Counted from the stretch's first letter, positions 1-13,424 are shown. The stretch is 64,000 nucleotides of DNA from Epiperipatus broadwayi (GCA_028023455.1 JAQFVV010000010.1:13640001-13704000); one strand, 5' to 3'. Program-made: numbers and translations. Notes: generated by a model not told the origin, from the sequence alone.

Positions 1-713
1 ATTTTTATTTTGTTTTTTGACACTAAATTGACATTTCGTATACAAAATTTTAAAATAATACCAGAATTTTTAAAAAATCATTAAAATTTTATATGTTTGA
101 AAACAAAATTTAAAAAATCATTAAAATTTAATGTGTTTGAAAACAAAAATATCAACTTATCTAATTCTTATATATATGTCATTTTTTCAATTTAATGAAT
201 GTGGAATATCAGTAACAAAAAGAATCAAGAAGTAACAATATTGAAGTTGTTTGAAATATACTGATGTGTTTTCAAAAAATAAATTATTGATAGTATCTTC
301 AAGTGCAAGTGATTTCTAAATATTGTTAGAATCGTGATAAAAGTTTTGAAATTGAAATGATTTATACTCTGTGACTGAATATGTTACACACTTGGGTATT
401 TTTTTTTTTTTTATGGGAATAATTTGAACATCAAGTTTATAATTGAAAGATATCTATCACTAAATATTTTATATGATTAATATCATGTAGCTTTAAAATT
501 ATTAAAGGAATTTCACGTATATGCTTATGTGAAAACTATAGTTTTTGAATTTAAGAAAACTGCCATGAGATGTGAAAGAAAAAACACTAGTAAATTTTAT
601 GTTATAAAATATAAATATCTGAACCATATACAACAATTTTGACTCTTTCTTAATATATCATACCCATGTACATGTAATGAAAAATATAGATATAGTATTA
701 ACAAAACTTTTTT

Positions 714-960
714 TTAAAATGCATGTGCAGTGCTCTCAGATCCAAGGCTCCTCACTGATGAAAGCCACAAAGTAGAAACTAGTCTGTGGATATTGGATGA
801 GTAGGCACTAGATAGGGATTTTATGCACAAGCCTTCTGGCATCCATTGATTACTCTGGCTCGCACTGATTGGCTCTACTGTATGGAGAGTTTTACCTGTT
901 TTAATAACAGTTATGAGCAAGCATAGAAAATGGTGATCATGTGATGTTTAGTGGTTTAAT
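714..960 (+). mobile_element. Family A hammerhead-bearing non-coding repeat, partial copy
   Basis: Aligns by eye with 5030-5325, 13300-13424, 52160-52355 and 52500-52790. Confidence 0.85.
750..789 (+). ncRNA. Minimal type-I hammerhead ribozyme motif (family A)
   Basis: cctca CTGATGA aagccacaaagta GAAA cta GTC tgtgg. Core intact, GUC triplet, palindromic ACTAGT stem III. Stem I has one mismatch and stem II is degraded. Confidence 0.7.
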
Positions 961-1649
961 GTCATATTTATATACTTTCAAATTTTAGTTATTACAAGGT
1001 ATATATATTTTAAATTCTTGTTAATTTGCATACTTATACAAAAGTTATCACTTTCCAAAATTATATCATTAATAAATAAAACAGTATAGCATAATAAAAC
1101 TGCAACAGAATGATGTCTTTGCTATATTTCTAAAAAATAATGCAATACAATTATTTGTAATAATAATATATTTATTTTATTTATCCAGTTTCCACATTCT
1201 GTTGCTAGTTAACAAACATTAAGAGACAGAAATAGTGGTTTTGTGTTGGACATGTCACTAAAAGAAGTAATAATAGATGGACAATTATAGTTCTAAAATA
1301 GAAGTAGAACAAATGTAGCAATACCATAAATTGTATAATAATAAATATATGGGGGGGGGGGGGGGTAAAGATAGCATTAAAAGCAAATTGCAATTAATTT
1401 GCTTATTTATATGATTTACATAGTAATTGTTATTTTAATCTAAGAAGTTTATATTAAAATTAATAGCCAGAAAAAATGGGAGGGGAGGCAAAAAAGCACT
1501 AATAACTATAGCACAAATATTTTGCGGTCTTTTCTATTTCAAATAGTTCTCTTGATTTTTTTTAAGAAAGATAATGAACATGATATATACATAGAAAGAA
1601 TATATAGTATATCGTTTTCTCTCATCACATTTTTGCCACCTGGTATACG

Positions 1650-2390
1650 TTTTAGTAAGCATTAGATGCCAGATAATTATTGCTCATTAAATTCCAATTC
1701 ATTGCTGTCACAGACTACTTTCTAGCTTATGGCTTTTATCACTGAGGAGTTCTTAGATTTGGGAGCAATGCAACTGGATATCTTTTGGATCTAATGCATC
1801 TTTCCTGTTGCAACCATATAGAGGACAACATTGGATAAGGATTTAATAAGTACTACAATCCAGCATCTATTGACTATTAAAGTGACACTAATAGCAAAAA
1901 TGTGATGGGGGAAAAAGAATTATGCTTCTGGCTATTTTTAACTGAAGGTTAAATCTCTCACACTAATCAGAATTATTCAGTTGAATGTCAACGCACTGTT
2001 TGTGAAAAAAGAAAAACAATTGTAATATGATGCATTCTTCAATATCAGTGAAGAAAGATATCATGCAACTATAGGCATTAAGCACATGATGCCTTATTTT
2101 AAGTATATTAATAACAATATTCTAATAAATATATATATAAGTATCATTGATTAAAATGGAATTAGGCTAGATATACCACTAAATGATATAACAAAAGATA
2201 GATAACTGTGTTAAATTGGATCTCAGGAGATTATAAAAACTTAGATCGAGTCCACATTTGAGGTGAATGGATAAAATAAGAAAGTTTTCTGGTTTGATTT
2301 GGAGAAGAGAGATAATGGATCAGAAAAACTAGCTTAAACTTGGAAAGGCCCTCAATCTGTAGTTGATGATAATGATTGGAAATGATGATA
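1650..2390 (+). mobile_element. Degenerate Ty3/gypsy integrase remnant
   Basis: Fragments FIAVTDYF (about 1696), RYHATIGI (about 2055) and VFWFDLEKRDNGSEKLA*TWKGP (GPY/F-like, about 2330) in integrase order, with stops and frameshifts. Confidence 0.5.
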
Positions 2391-3839
2391 TATTTCTTGC
2401 AAAAATATGAATATGTGCTATATCATTACACATTAAGCATTCAGAGATATTAGTATTTAAAAACTACACTAATGTCATTTATATGAAAAATAAATTTGAA
2501 ATAGAAAGTATTACTTTTTTTTGTTCCACAGTTGAAACTTTAGGTTGACATATCTGTGTATGTAATAAGCTCTATGAAAGAAAAAATGTAATCAATGTTT
2601 AAATATATTGGCAGATTTTTTATAATGTATTTATCTTTTTGGTTTTTTAATTTTTGGGGAACATTTTTAAGTGTAAACCCCTGTTATTGCAATAAGAATA
2701 GTCTAGCAAAAACTTGTGTCATTATTTCATTATTCACTTAAGAATATCTTAAAAGATGCAATTTTACATAATCAATATTAGTTTACATTAAAAATTTTAT
2801 TTTTAAAATTTGCCATATACAATTTTAATACACCACCATTAATGATTTATAAATTTGAAACTTTAAATGTTTTTGTTTTTTCAAGACTCTTTATAGATAA
2901 TTTATAATATTATAACTTATTACTGTCTTTGAAATTACTTATTATTTTTAAAAATTTTAATTTAACAGTTGATTTTAATAGTTATTTAATTGTGGGATTC
3001 ACACTGCATGAAACTGCAATGTATTTTAAATAAAATTAATATATCTTTTAGACCATATTCTATATAAAGTAAAGCTCTAAATAATATTAATGTGTTTCAT
3101 TTTAGCACAATCTTTTTTATGCCACTTAAGTATAAAATATATTAAATAAGGACTTAATTAAACATGTATAATAAATAGGGATAAGAACTTTTCATAGTTA
3201 AACTTGATTTCAAATAGCATGAAAAACTAGGGTTAGATTGGAAAACCATTAAAGTTGATAAGTGAATTTTATTTTAAATATTTGACACATATAACTTTAA
3301 GATAATATAACTCCTAATATTTTGGTTATAGATTGTGATGAGCAATGTTTTGCTTTTGTTTAATAGCAACTTGAATTTTTTCTTTATAATACCATTTGTA
3401 AATTGGTGTGGATAATGTTGCCTTTATAAATCAGTTTTGATCTAAAAGTAATAGTGTAATTATTGCGCAACTACATTATACATTTGTAAATTTATGAGAT
3501 CCATAGAAATATATACGCTGTTACATTACCTTTAATCTTTACCTTTTAATTTAGATGTTGCACTTTATGATAAATAAAATGTTTCACTTGCAAAATAATC
3601 TATCTTTCTATATATATAATAGCATACTTTCATCTCTTTAATTAATAGGTTTTCTATTGATTCAGATATAATCTGGCTAAAATTCAAATTTAGAATTTAG
3701 ACAAAATTATTTTTGGATCTATCAAAACTCATTGTTTAACAGGAATTATGATTTATTCAAGTAAAAAATTTTATTTAATCTTAAGCACAAATACACTAAA
3801 TAAATTAATATATCATATCATTTACAACTTTCTTAAAGA

Positions 3840-4900
3840 CTTTATCAATATTCTTTATTTATATCAGAACTAACAGTTTCGACTGTCCTGTAGTCATCAT
3901 CGGAGATACAATATTCAAATATATAATTAATACACTCATACACATATTCATAAATGTACATTTTAACCTGACCATTATAAATAATCGTTTCCCATTTTAT
4001 TACTTTACTCTTAAATAATTCTATCAATATTTATTTTATATCACTTCTTTCTTTTTTTAAATTTATTATTTATTATAATTATAAACTTTAACATTTATTC
4101 TACTATTTATTACATATTATTAAATAAATTAATATGCATATTTTAAAATAAACTTGAAAGAAAGATCATTGTTCAGTAAATATTTGTAAATTGTCTTATT
4201 GATGCGCCATGATTTTCTTGTCTTTCTTAATTTGATAATTAGGTCTATTTAATTCATGATTTTATTTTTTATAAAAAACAGTAAATGGAAACTAAACTTT
4301 GATTGCAATTGAAGATTAAAAAAGATAAGTAACTGATATATCTTCCTGAACATAAAATAAGTGGGAATATTAGATCAAAGTATAATGAAATTAAGTGTTT
4401 AATATATCTAATACATATTAAAATTAATAGTTACAGGATATTATTATTTAATAGTTATATTTAATAAAGGGAGTATTTTGGTCTCTTTTTTTTTTTTTTT
4501 TAATATTGCAATTTAAAGATACTGTAAAAGGATATTTAATATTAAAATACATATATATTAATGGTAATTTTTTAATTTTCAACAATGTATAAGTGTTTTG
4601 AAACATCAAAGATTTGTAATGTAAAAAGAATTCTATTGATGAATTATCATTGTGTATTTTTTTAACCTAATAAAATTGGTAATTCGGGAAATTTAGAGAA
4701 CCAATAGTTCCAGATTACTGATGTTTTATCTGAAGAATCTTATTTTCATTAACTTGGATGGCTGTCCCACTTAATGAAAATGTATAATAATATATTTTTG
4801 TTGATAATCTAGATAATATTGTATGTTCTTTATATATCAGGCGAACTTATTTTGGAATGTATACTGCCTCAGTAGAATTAATTTCATATTTTAATGCAAT
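3840..4900 (-). mobile_element. Highly decayed Penelope-like element remnant
   Basis: Minus-strand FY*VKKIHND (cf. FYGLPKIHK) and FDVSKHLY (cf. FDV.SLY) near 4580-4680. A hammerhead-like motif and AATAAA lie at its 3' end. Confidence 0.4.
3868..3906 (-). ncRNA. Hammerhead-like motif, third family, core mutated (CCGAUGA)
   Basis: Minus strand reads ccGATGA t gact acaggac agtc GAAA ctgtt; perfect 4-bp stem II; homologous to 52935-52970. Confidence 0.55.
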
Positions 4901-5029
4901 TTTAGAGTGACCGATTCAGGATCTGAAGATCCATAGATCATGGCCCAAACCGGTGCTCAAATTTTTCAAACAATAAATTTTGTTTTTTTTAAATAGTGAC
5001 AAACTCGCTATACAGTAATCAATTGATGC

Positions 5030-5325
5030 AAGGACTCATAGCTTTATAGTTAACTAAAAAGGTAAAAGGTGACTGCTGGAGAATTGGATTCGATCTTAAG
5101 ATCTAGGTGCAGTGCTCTCATATCGAAAGCTCTTCACTGGTAAATGCCACAAGCTGGGAACTAGTCTGAGGATATTGGATGGCTAGACACTAGATAGGAA
5201 TTTAATGCACAAATCCTCTTGCATCCATTGATTACTATGGTTTGTACTGGGTGGCACTAAGAAGAGTATCAGTTTTAACAGTTTGTGCAAGCATAGAAAT
5301 GGTGATCATGTAGTGTTTAGTGGGA
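5030..5325 (+). mobile_element. Family A repeat, partial copy with decayed hammerhead
   Basis: Matches 52498-52790 from ggactcatag onward; the core is mutated to ctggtaa...ggaactagtc. Confidence 0.8.
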
Positions 5326-5439
5326 TTTTGTTTAATAATTCAAATAAAGAAATTGAAATTTTTTTTGAAAAGTTAAAGACAGAAAATAATAAAACTTGGA
5401 AGATAGGTTATATTTCTAATGATTGGCATTTAGAATGCC

Positions 5440-6440
5440 AAAGTTAAGAAAGGAAAGGCAAAGCTGTTGCTTAATATTAACTTTGAAGCTGGAAAATATT
5501 GTAGTACATATTTTACGTAGCTTAGGTGCTGTCAATACACTCTAACATCATCAGATATAATATTAAAGGAATCATATTTCACACTATTCATACTTGATAA
5601 TGAAAGACTTCTATTTTAATAGCAAAAGCAATGAAAAGCAGATTTTGGAACAAATCATAAATTATTCAAGTGTGAAACTGAAAAAGAATTACAATATTTT
5701 GGCTATAACGTTGAGATATATCTGTTGTTTTTTAAGAATAACATCAGAAATCAAATTGGGACTTTGCAAAAATATTTAATAGTGAACCAGATAAATTACA
5801 GTTTGAATTTAAAAAATATATAATTAAATTAACAGCCAGGAAAATCAATATGGATATCAAACATAGGGAAGTAATTTTAAAGAAAAACTCAAGTTAAAAA
5901 GAATAAAGATATAAAAGAACTGAATGAGAAATTCCAAAAAGCATCTAAAAAAAATAATACAGCTATATTTTAATAATATTTGCCAAGATATTGAAAATGG
6001 AATCAAACCTGGAAAAAACAAGAGCTATCTTATAAGGAATTTGTGAGACAAATGCGGTTTTCATCCACAATTAAGTTTGTTGAAAAATGTCAGTGGATAG
6101 ATTTTACAATGTAACAAAAATCAGCACAAAATCACTTTTGGTTATTGCCAAAGGTAAACCCTCCAAAATTAATAACTTTGCATCAGAAATTTTTCTGGAA
6201 ACTTAAAAGTAATCAATATAAGGATTTATCACTTTTGTGCTGATTAATTTGATTTTTCTTGCAAAGATCTACAGATGATAAGAAATCAGTTTATGTACTT
6301 ACAATAGAGAAAAAAAAATTCTGACTAAAGTTTGCAATTTAAATCAGATTAAAAGAGAAAATAGTTTAATAAAATATCAAGATATAAGTGATATCATTGC
6401 TGACATACATGATATAGCGGGAAAAGCCAGAGAATATCAG
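5440..6440 (+). mobile_element. Degenerate RTE (BovB-like) LINE fragment
   Basis: KELNEKFQKASK...CQDIE linker-like segment (about 5915) and DIIADIHDIAGKAREYQ (cf. DQIANIRWI.EKAREFQ, about 6390); many stops. Confidence 0.55.
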
Positions 6441-6794
6441 TCATATATATATATATATGATTAAGATTTTATTCTCACAGTTATTGTCTAAACTTTCCAT
6501 GTAAATTCCTTGGTTGCAGGCAAAGTAAAACATATTTTAACTGGCAGTTTCATATGTAAGATGCTAACATTATTTATATTCGGTAGTTGAAGAGATCTTT
6601 TATGCTATAAATTTTCTAATATGTATATATTGTAACAGGAACCAGGTTTGAATCCTGTTACAAGTTGAAGGGATCCTATAGTCACATATAGGCAGATGTA
6701 ATAATCAAATGTATATCTTCAATCAAGTCAAAATGACTGAATAAAGTAGCTAAAACTGGCTTGGGGGGGGGTGCTCATTTGTTTTAATGGAATA

Positions 6795-8010
6795 TGTATC
6801 ATCATCATCAACCATTATCACTCCACTGCAAATTGAAAGTCTCCCCAAGTTCAATCCATCTCCAATCTTTAGCTTCTCTTCTCCACATCATCCCTGCACA
6901 CTTTCTATTTCATCTGTTCATCTCACATGTGGTCTCTTTCTGTGTCTTTTACAATCTATTGGAATCCAGTTTAAGATTTCAATTGTCCATCTATTATCAT
7001 CTCTTCTAGCAATATGTCCAGCCCAACTCCAGTCTTTTAATTTTTTCAATGAGGTCAGTAACACCCGTTTGTTCTTTTACCCATATATTGCATTTTCTAT
7101 CTCTTCTTGTAACAACATGCATCTCTGCACTTCTTTGAGTAGTCTGAAGTCTCTGTATTGCTCTTCTATTAAGGGTCCAAGCCTCAGATCTATAAGTAAG
7201 AACTGGTAAAACACATTAAAAACCTTCCTTTTCAAATACATAGGCATATTTCCTTTTAGTATCAAGTTATTTCTACCAAAAGCACTCCAACCAAGTTTAA
7301 TTCTGTGATTAATTTCATCCACTATGTTTCCATCTGTATTAATAATCTGACCAAGGTATTTGTAGCTGCTAACTTCTTCTAACTCATCATAATCAATCTT
7401 TATTTTCATATTTTGAGAAAATCCATTAAACATTACTTTAGTCTTTTTAACATTTATATTTAGTCCTACTTTCATCTGATAACTCCTGCAACATTTCCTG
7501 CAGCTCTAAAGCATTATTTGCAAAAATAACTACATTATCTGCAAAATCTAAATGACTTAAATAATCTCCATTTACTTTCACTTCTTTAGCTTCCCATTTT
7601 AATCCACAAAATACTTCTTGCAGCATTGCTGTAAAAAGTTTTGGGGATATGGAGTCACCCTGTCTTACATCCTTCTCAATGTTGACTTTCCTAATATCAT
7701 TAATTGTTGCTGTTGCATTTGTATAAATATTCTTTAAAATAAGATAATATCCTGGATCTATACCTTGATGATTCAATACTTTAATCACTGAAGAAATGTT
7801 TATAGAATCAAATGCCTTTTCATAATCTACAAATCCAAAGCATAATGGCAACTCATATTCATTTGTCCTTTCTATAACTTCTCTCAATTCCTGGATATGA
7901 TCTACTGTACTAAAACCACTTTTAAATCGAGTTTGTTCTCTTAGTTGGTGGAAATAATGTTCTCTGTAGACAAGTTGTAATTATCTTGGTAAAAATTTTA
8001 TATAAAACTG
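6795..8010 (-). mobile_element. RTE-clade LINE, 5'-truncated, RT region with frameshifts
   Basis: ORF track shows LPLCFGFVDYEKAFDSI, VRQGDSISPKLFTA, HLDFADNVV, GLNINVKKTKVM and YKYLGQ; (TGA)n tail at about 6797-6810. Confidence 0.9.
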
Positions 8011-8274
8011 ATAAATGGCTGATAGATCTGTAATTTAGAAATTACAGACGGAGTATGTATATGTTATTGTATAATCAAATGTACAAAAAAAGAATCTTCT
8101 GGAAAAGCATATAATGTTTGTTTTTTTAATTTTATTTTAAAATCAGATCTGTAATGACATGAAATGAAACAAATGTTATCCACAGTATGCTTTTACCATA
8201 GGTATTGTTATTTTTAAAAGTTTCTAATGAAACTTTTTAAGATATAAAAAAAAAACTTGCTAAAAAGTTTTCTT

Positions 8275-8695
8275 TGTAAAAAAAAAAATAAGAAGACAAA
8301 AGGAGCCGGACCTGAGATCACAAGATAAGATTTAAAATATCGGACATTTTGAGGAGTTGTGGGAAGTATTGCTTGAGGAGAATAGAACTTTCTAGAAAAA
8401 TAAAAGGTATAAATAGAAAAATCAGGAGACCGGACTTAGTTTTTATGCTGATGTTTTCACTGCTGTATATTAATTGATATTGGAGATTTTTAACTTATAA
8501 TTTTGGAAGGAAATATATATTTGCCAGTTAACATGATGTGCTGGGCTTTTATCCCACCGCTCTATGAATAAAACAAAAAGCTGCTACATGATCCTGTAAC
8601 TGTCCGAAGCTGAAAAATCCGCATCCGTCCACCTGCATCTCTGCGAGTATCCTGATTCATCATCGTGCCTTTGGAAATTTTAAACGGCAAAGACA
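8275..8695 (+). mobile_element. Probable solo LTR (421 bp)
   Basis: TGT...ACA termini flanked by the 5-bp direct repeat TTCTT (8270-74 and 8696-8700); internal TATA-like gtataaatag and AATAAA; GC raised over the flanks. Confidence 0.55.
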
Positions 8696-9877
8696 TTCTT
8701 TCTGAACAATCTAATTTCTTCGATATCCAAAGATAATAGATACGTTATTTCAAACTTATAATCATGCGCATTCTCAGTACTATATTTATAGACTATAATT
8801 TCTTTATATTAAATCATACTAATAATATTAAAGATAAAATATTTAATATTTATAATAAATAATAATTTTGTCTGTCCAAAATATATGTTTTTATATTCAT
8901 TAAACAATTGAGCACTATTATTTCTGTTTCTTATTTTATAATTTATTTAGTTTAAGAAGAAAAAAAAAAATTGTCCATATGCTTTTAGTTATTGAATAAT
9001 AATAATAATAATTTGAAATGTATTATATTTTTATATATATATGTTTGATATCATTTCCATTCTCGTAAATTTCTTTTAAATTAATTTATATTTGAAAATA
9101 AGCGTAAATGGCTGCATAGATTTATAAGATTATGTTAGTTTAAGGTATGTTAATTTTGGGCTAATTGTTTCGTAGTTAAATCGGTGCTAGTCGATAGATG
9201 TACGGATGTTTTATGTCAATGTAATCTGAGGAGGTGCATTGGATACTCATTCCCTTGTACTGCGTTAGCATACAGGGCATAATACCCACATGAACGTATG
9301 GCCCAAAAGTGTAGCATTCACATTGTCAATGGTCGTAGATGTATTTCCTAAGCTATTGATTTTCTTACGCTCTGGTTAGGACAGTAAGCTGGCAAAGACC
9401 ACTATCCGTTTTTACAGAACATCTCATATATATATATTTCAGTAATTTCGTTTTTGTATCCCCAATTGGGTAGTGGATCATCCCTGTCTGTTGGCGAAAT
9501 TTATTATGATCATGGGAAGATGCTCATTCCTTCCCACCATGATTCGTTATTTTCTAGTGATATCCTGTGACAGATGTAAATTCTTGTCTGCATGATTGTG
9601 TTATGCTAGCAATCTCATTTTGCATTGGTTACATCGGTATGTCAGTAAATTAGCGTTGATTTAAACCCGAGATTTAGCCTAAGGTTTAAAAAGGATTGGG
9701 TTGGTTAAATGCGTAATCTATGTAAATGCTTCCATCTGTGCATATAATTCAAATCAAACATATTCACTAGTTAATTTAGTTTTCAGAATTTTTCCTTTTA
9801 ATGTGTGTGCACGTTATAATAAAATGTTTTGTTGAATTAATTTTGGCAGTAACTTATTTTATACCATTATAATATAG

Positions 9878-10015
9878 AATTTTAGAAGTGTTGTGTCGAA
9901 AGCTAAAATTGAAACCTGGATTTAATCTTCAGAACTTAGCACGCCAAACACCTGGTTTTGTTGGCGCTGATCTTCAAGCTCTAACAAGGGAAGCTGCCAT
10001 GATTGCAGTTGATAG
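9878..10015 (+). CDS. NVL: NVL coding exon (end of D1 AAA domain); the 5' exons are upstream of the window
   Basis: AG acceptor at 9876-77, GT donor at 10016. Translates (R)[45 protein letters not shown](R), matching the NVL D1 lid motif [14 protein letters not shown]. Phase 2/2. Confidence 0.95.
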
Positions 10016-10134
10016 GTATTATTAAATTTATTTTGCTATTTAGCAAATACATCTATTTATATCTTAGAATACATTTTGAATTTTAAAAAAAGCAGTTCTT
10101 ATTAGTAGTAAATGTAGATTCTTTTATTTTTAAG

Positions 10135-10292
10135 AATTCTAAATGTTGAAAAAGAAAAGCATGATCTTAAAGAAACTACAGAAATACCATTGTCATCTGA
10201 AACAGTTTCTTCTACTGATGCAGTTTCCTCTGTGCTAATCATTGACAAAACTCCTTTCACACATCAGCTTCCACGGACAGATATTGAAAACT
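10135..10292 (+). CDS. NVL: NVL coding exon (divergent D1-D2 linker)
   Basis: tttttaag| acceptor and |gtgagt donor. Open frame (R)ILNVEKEKHDLKETTEIPLSSETV...RTDIEN; phases 2/1 join both neighbouring exons in frame. Confidence 0.85.
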
Positions 10293-10478
10293 GTGAGTGA
10301 GATAGGAATTAAATTTAAAACAAGTTTTTATATGTACATTATTCTAATCTTTTATTTTTTTATAAATTAAATTTTTAAATGCTGATCATAAAAACTTAAA
10401 AATTAGTAAAATTGTATTTAACTATAAAAATGAATTAAACTAATTATTTACATATATAAAGAATTATTAACGTTTTTT

Positions 10479-10502
10479 GTTGTTGTTGTTGTTGTTGTTG
10501 TT
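10479..10502. repeat. (GTT)8 microsatellite
   Basis: Directly visible. Confidence 0.9.
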
Positions 10503-10599
10503 ATTATTGTTATTTGTATATTCAAAAAAAAAAAATTACCTCTTTTTTAATAGTATTGCAACCAATATTGTTAATTTTTAATGTTATTGTTTTTTTTAG

Positions 10600-10679
10600 C
10601 ACTTTCTTGGCTGCAAGATCAACCTCCTTTAACTTCTGAACAATTGGAAAATTTGTATATTGACATGAGTGATTTTGAG
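10600..10679 (+). CDS. NVL: NVL coding exon (linker)
   Basis: ttttttag| ... |gtgatt. (S)LSWLQDQPPLTSEQLENLYIDMSDFE, typical of the NVL segment preceding ALKVVQPS. Confidence 0.93.
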
Positions 10680-12215
10680 GTGATTGTTAACTTATGTTTT
10701 TGTTTCCTCTCTCCTTTATCTTGATCAATATTGCATGTACTTTTGCATGGTTATTATTTAATTATTCATCAACATTTTCTTATAAATGAATATAGCCATT
10801 CTAATTCCAGAAAAGATAGAGAAAGGATAATGAATTTTTGGAGAATTTTGCAATGAGTATATACCTCAGTTTGTGAAACACGCATGTGTCCATATCACAT
10901 GATTGTTATTTAAATAGTTGTTGTTGTTTTTTGTATCCTGCACTGTTATTTTTTAACTTCTGTAAAAAAAAATTTAAAAAGACTACCATATTTTGTAATT
11001 CTTAGATGTATTCTATCTTTAGCTATCACTCTTGATGAAAGCAATCATATGTTATCTGCTTTTCCTACTAAAACTATGCTCAAATTTACAGTTAAATCAT
11101 TTATTAGGAGATTTGTTGCCTTTACATTCATTTCATGTGTCCAATCCAATAAAAATATTCTCGTACAATAATAGATATAATCACATCTGTCAGGATGAAG
11201 ATGTACTCATCGATCTCAAGATTTTACTTATATATTTTTAGAATATTCAGTGCTTTTATGTTACATCAGTGGGGGATTCCATGCTTCAATTGTACACAGG
11301 AATCTGTTTTTCTATCAAGATATTCAAATTGATTCACATTTTTAAGTCATTAACTATTTAAGCAAAACGTTTCTGGAGATTTTTATTTTATTTTCATACA
11401 GAGTTATTAAAAATACCTGAGCTTTTGTGAACATTAATTATTGAATCACTTTTTTTCCACATTTCTTTAAAAACATTTCAGAAATCATTTTTTGAATTGT
11501 CAATAATAACATTCGTTAGCATACTATAAAGTTAGTAGCTAAGAAGATGAAGGGTTTTTTTTTTTTGCTTAAAGCAATTTAAATTACAAACTTTATCAAA
11601 GTTACATGACATTTTTAAGTCAGCTGTAAGGTGTTTTAAAAAGCCACTTATAAAAATGAAACAAAGTTTGAATTAATATTAAGTTGTTGTTTCCTTTTAT
11701 ATTACAGACATTTTTGAAAAACAGCACATAAACATGACTTCTCATAATCAATACCATATAGATTATTCTCACTGTATGTGCTATAGGATCCACAATATTC
11801 CATTTCTTGAGGATTCTTAGATAAAATCACATAAGAAACTTTATGTAATTATTAAAGATGTAATAGATTGAAATGCATTAAAATAATAATGATTAGTTTT
11901 TTTAAATATTTCATTATTCACCAGATTTGCTGCTTATTTTTTTATTTCACATTTCCTTAATTGAAATAAAATTATTACAAGATAAAGGGTTAAAGCATAT
12001 AGAAACTCGCATGCTTTTCAGCTGTCTTTAATATAATTTATCTCAATCATGTGGATTTAAGTTATTTTTAAAACTTTGTAAAAGTAAGCATTAAATGTGA
12101 AAAAAATATTTTGATAGAGTATAAAGTTTATTATAAATATTATTATTTTATGTCTACATTAATATAATACAATGGTAAATAATAACTTCTCTTTTTTTAA
12201 TGATTTTTTTTTTAG

Positions 12216-12338
12216 CAAGCATTAAAGGTTGTCCAACCGTCAGCCATGAGAGAAGGATTTGCTACTATACCAGGTGTAACTTGGAATGATATAGGCGCTC
12301 TTACAGATATTAGACAAGAATTGCAGATGGCTATCTTG
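12216..12338 (+). CDS. NVL: NVL coding exon (start of D2)
   Basis: [41 protein letters not shown]; |gtaagt donor; 123 bp, phase 0/0. Confidence 0.97.
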
Positions 12339-12407
12339 GTAAGTAATTTAATAGTTTATTATTTTATTGTAAAATATTATATTACTTACTTCGTGTTAAT
12401 GTTTTAG

Positions 12408-12521
<114 letters not shown>

Positions 12522-13223
12522 TGAATTTTATTACGATATATATATATATAATTAGTTTTTGTTTTGTAGTGTAATAAAAAAAAAGTTATTTTGTATATTT
12601 ATATAATATACTTAAGTACTATATAGAGATTTTTTTTTTATTATTCCAAGTAATCTGTTTTGTTAATAATTATCCTAATTAAAAAATAAACTGAATGAAA
12701 TTGGTGTCGGTGTTTTTTAATTGTATGATATTTTTGAATTTATTAACTATTTGGAAAAGGTTTTAGCCTGAAAAATATTTACCAAGACCTGTTTGTGTAA
12801 TTATTCATTCATTCCTTTTGCATGATCACAATTGAGTAATTGTTAAATATAATAAAAAGATTTTCTGTTTCACAAACAGAACATTTATGGACAGGAAGTT
12901 CACAAAATAAAATCCTTTCACAATTTCCCACTGATTGAAGAATACAATGATCATTTTTATTATACTAGGCATTTCTTTACTGTTATCATAAAGCATTTTG
13001 ATTATTGCATTTGCAGCTTAAATGGAAAATTAAAAATCAATGGTAAAAGAAATATAGATATTGCCAGAAATTTGAAAATATAAGTCAGTATCTGAAGTTG
13101 TTATTATAACTTACAGTAAGAAATATTTTGATGATAAAACTGAAAGCAAAACTATTTTTAAAATTGTAAAAAATTAAAGCATTAAATATAGTTCAAGCAA
13201 AAATTTATCCAGATAAAATAAAC

Positions 13224-13424
13224 CATTAAGCATCACATGATCACCATCTCTTATACTAGCACATATTTGTTTATAAACAAGGCAAAACTCTCCATACAGA
13301 AACTAGTCAGGGGATATTGGATGAGTAGGCATTAGATAGGGATTTTATGCACAAGCCTTCTGGCATTCCATTGATTACTCTGGTTGGCACAGGGTGGCAC
13401 TACTGTATGGAGAGTTTTGCCTTG
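13224..13424. mobile_element. Family A insertion with inverted 5' segment and 14-bp TSD
   Basis: TSD cagataaaataaac at 13210-23 and 13425-38. 13224-13299 is antisense and 13300-13424 is sense. Confidence 0.8.

Noticed and set aside
62-145. Short two-copy tandem duplications (also 31920-31980 and 39935-40010)
   Set aside because: Ordinary slippage products in AT-rich DNA. They are not CRISPR-like, having no unique spacers in a eukaryotic context.
1-9877. Upstream NVL exons (D1 ...RRAGRFDREI...)
   Set aside because: No such frame with splice sites was found. The IIAQLH-like stretch near 3460 has no valid continuation.
11000-11400. hAT remnant (ITLDES)
   Set aside because: A single short motif without supporting neighbours.
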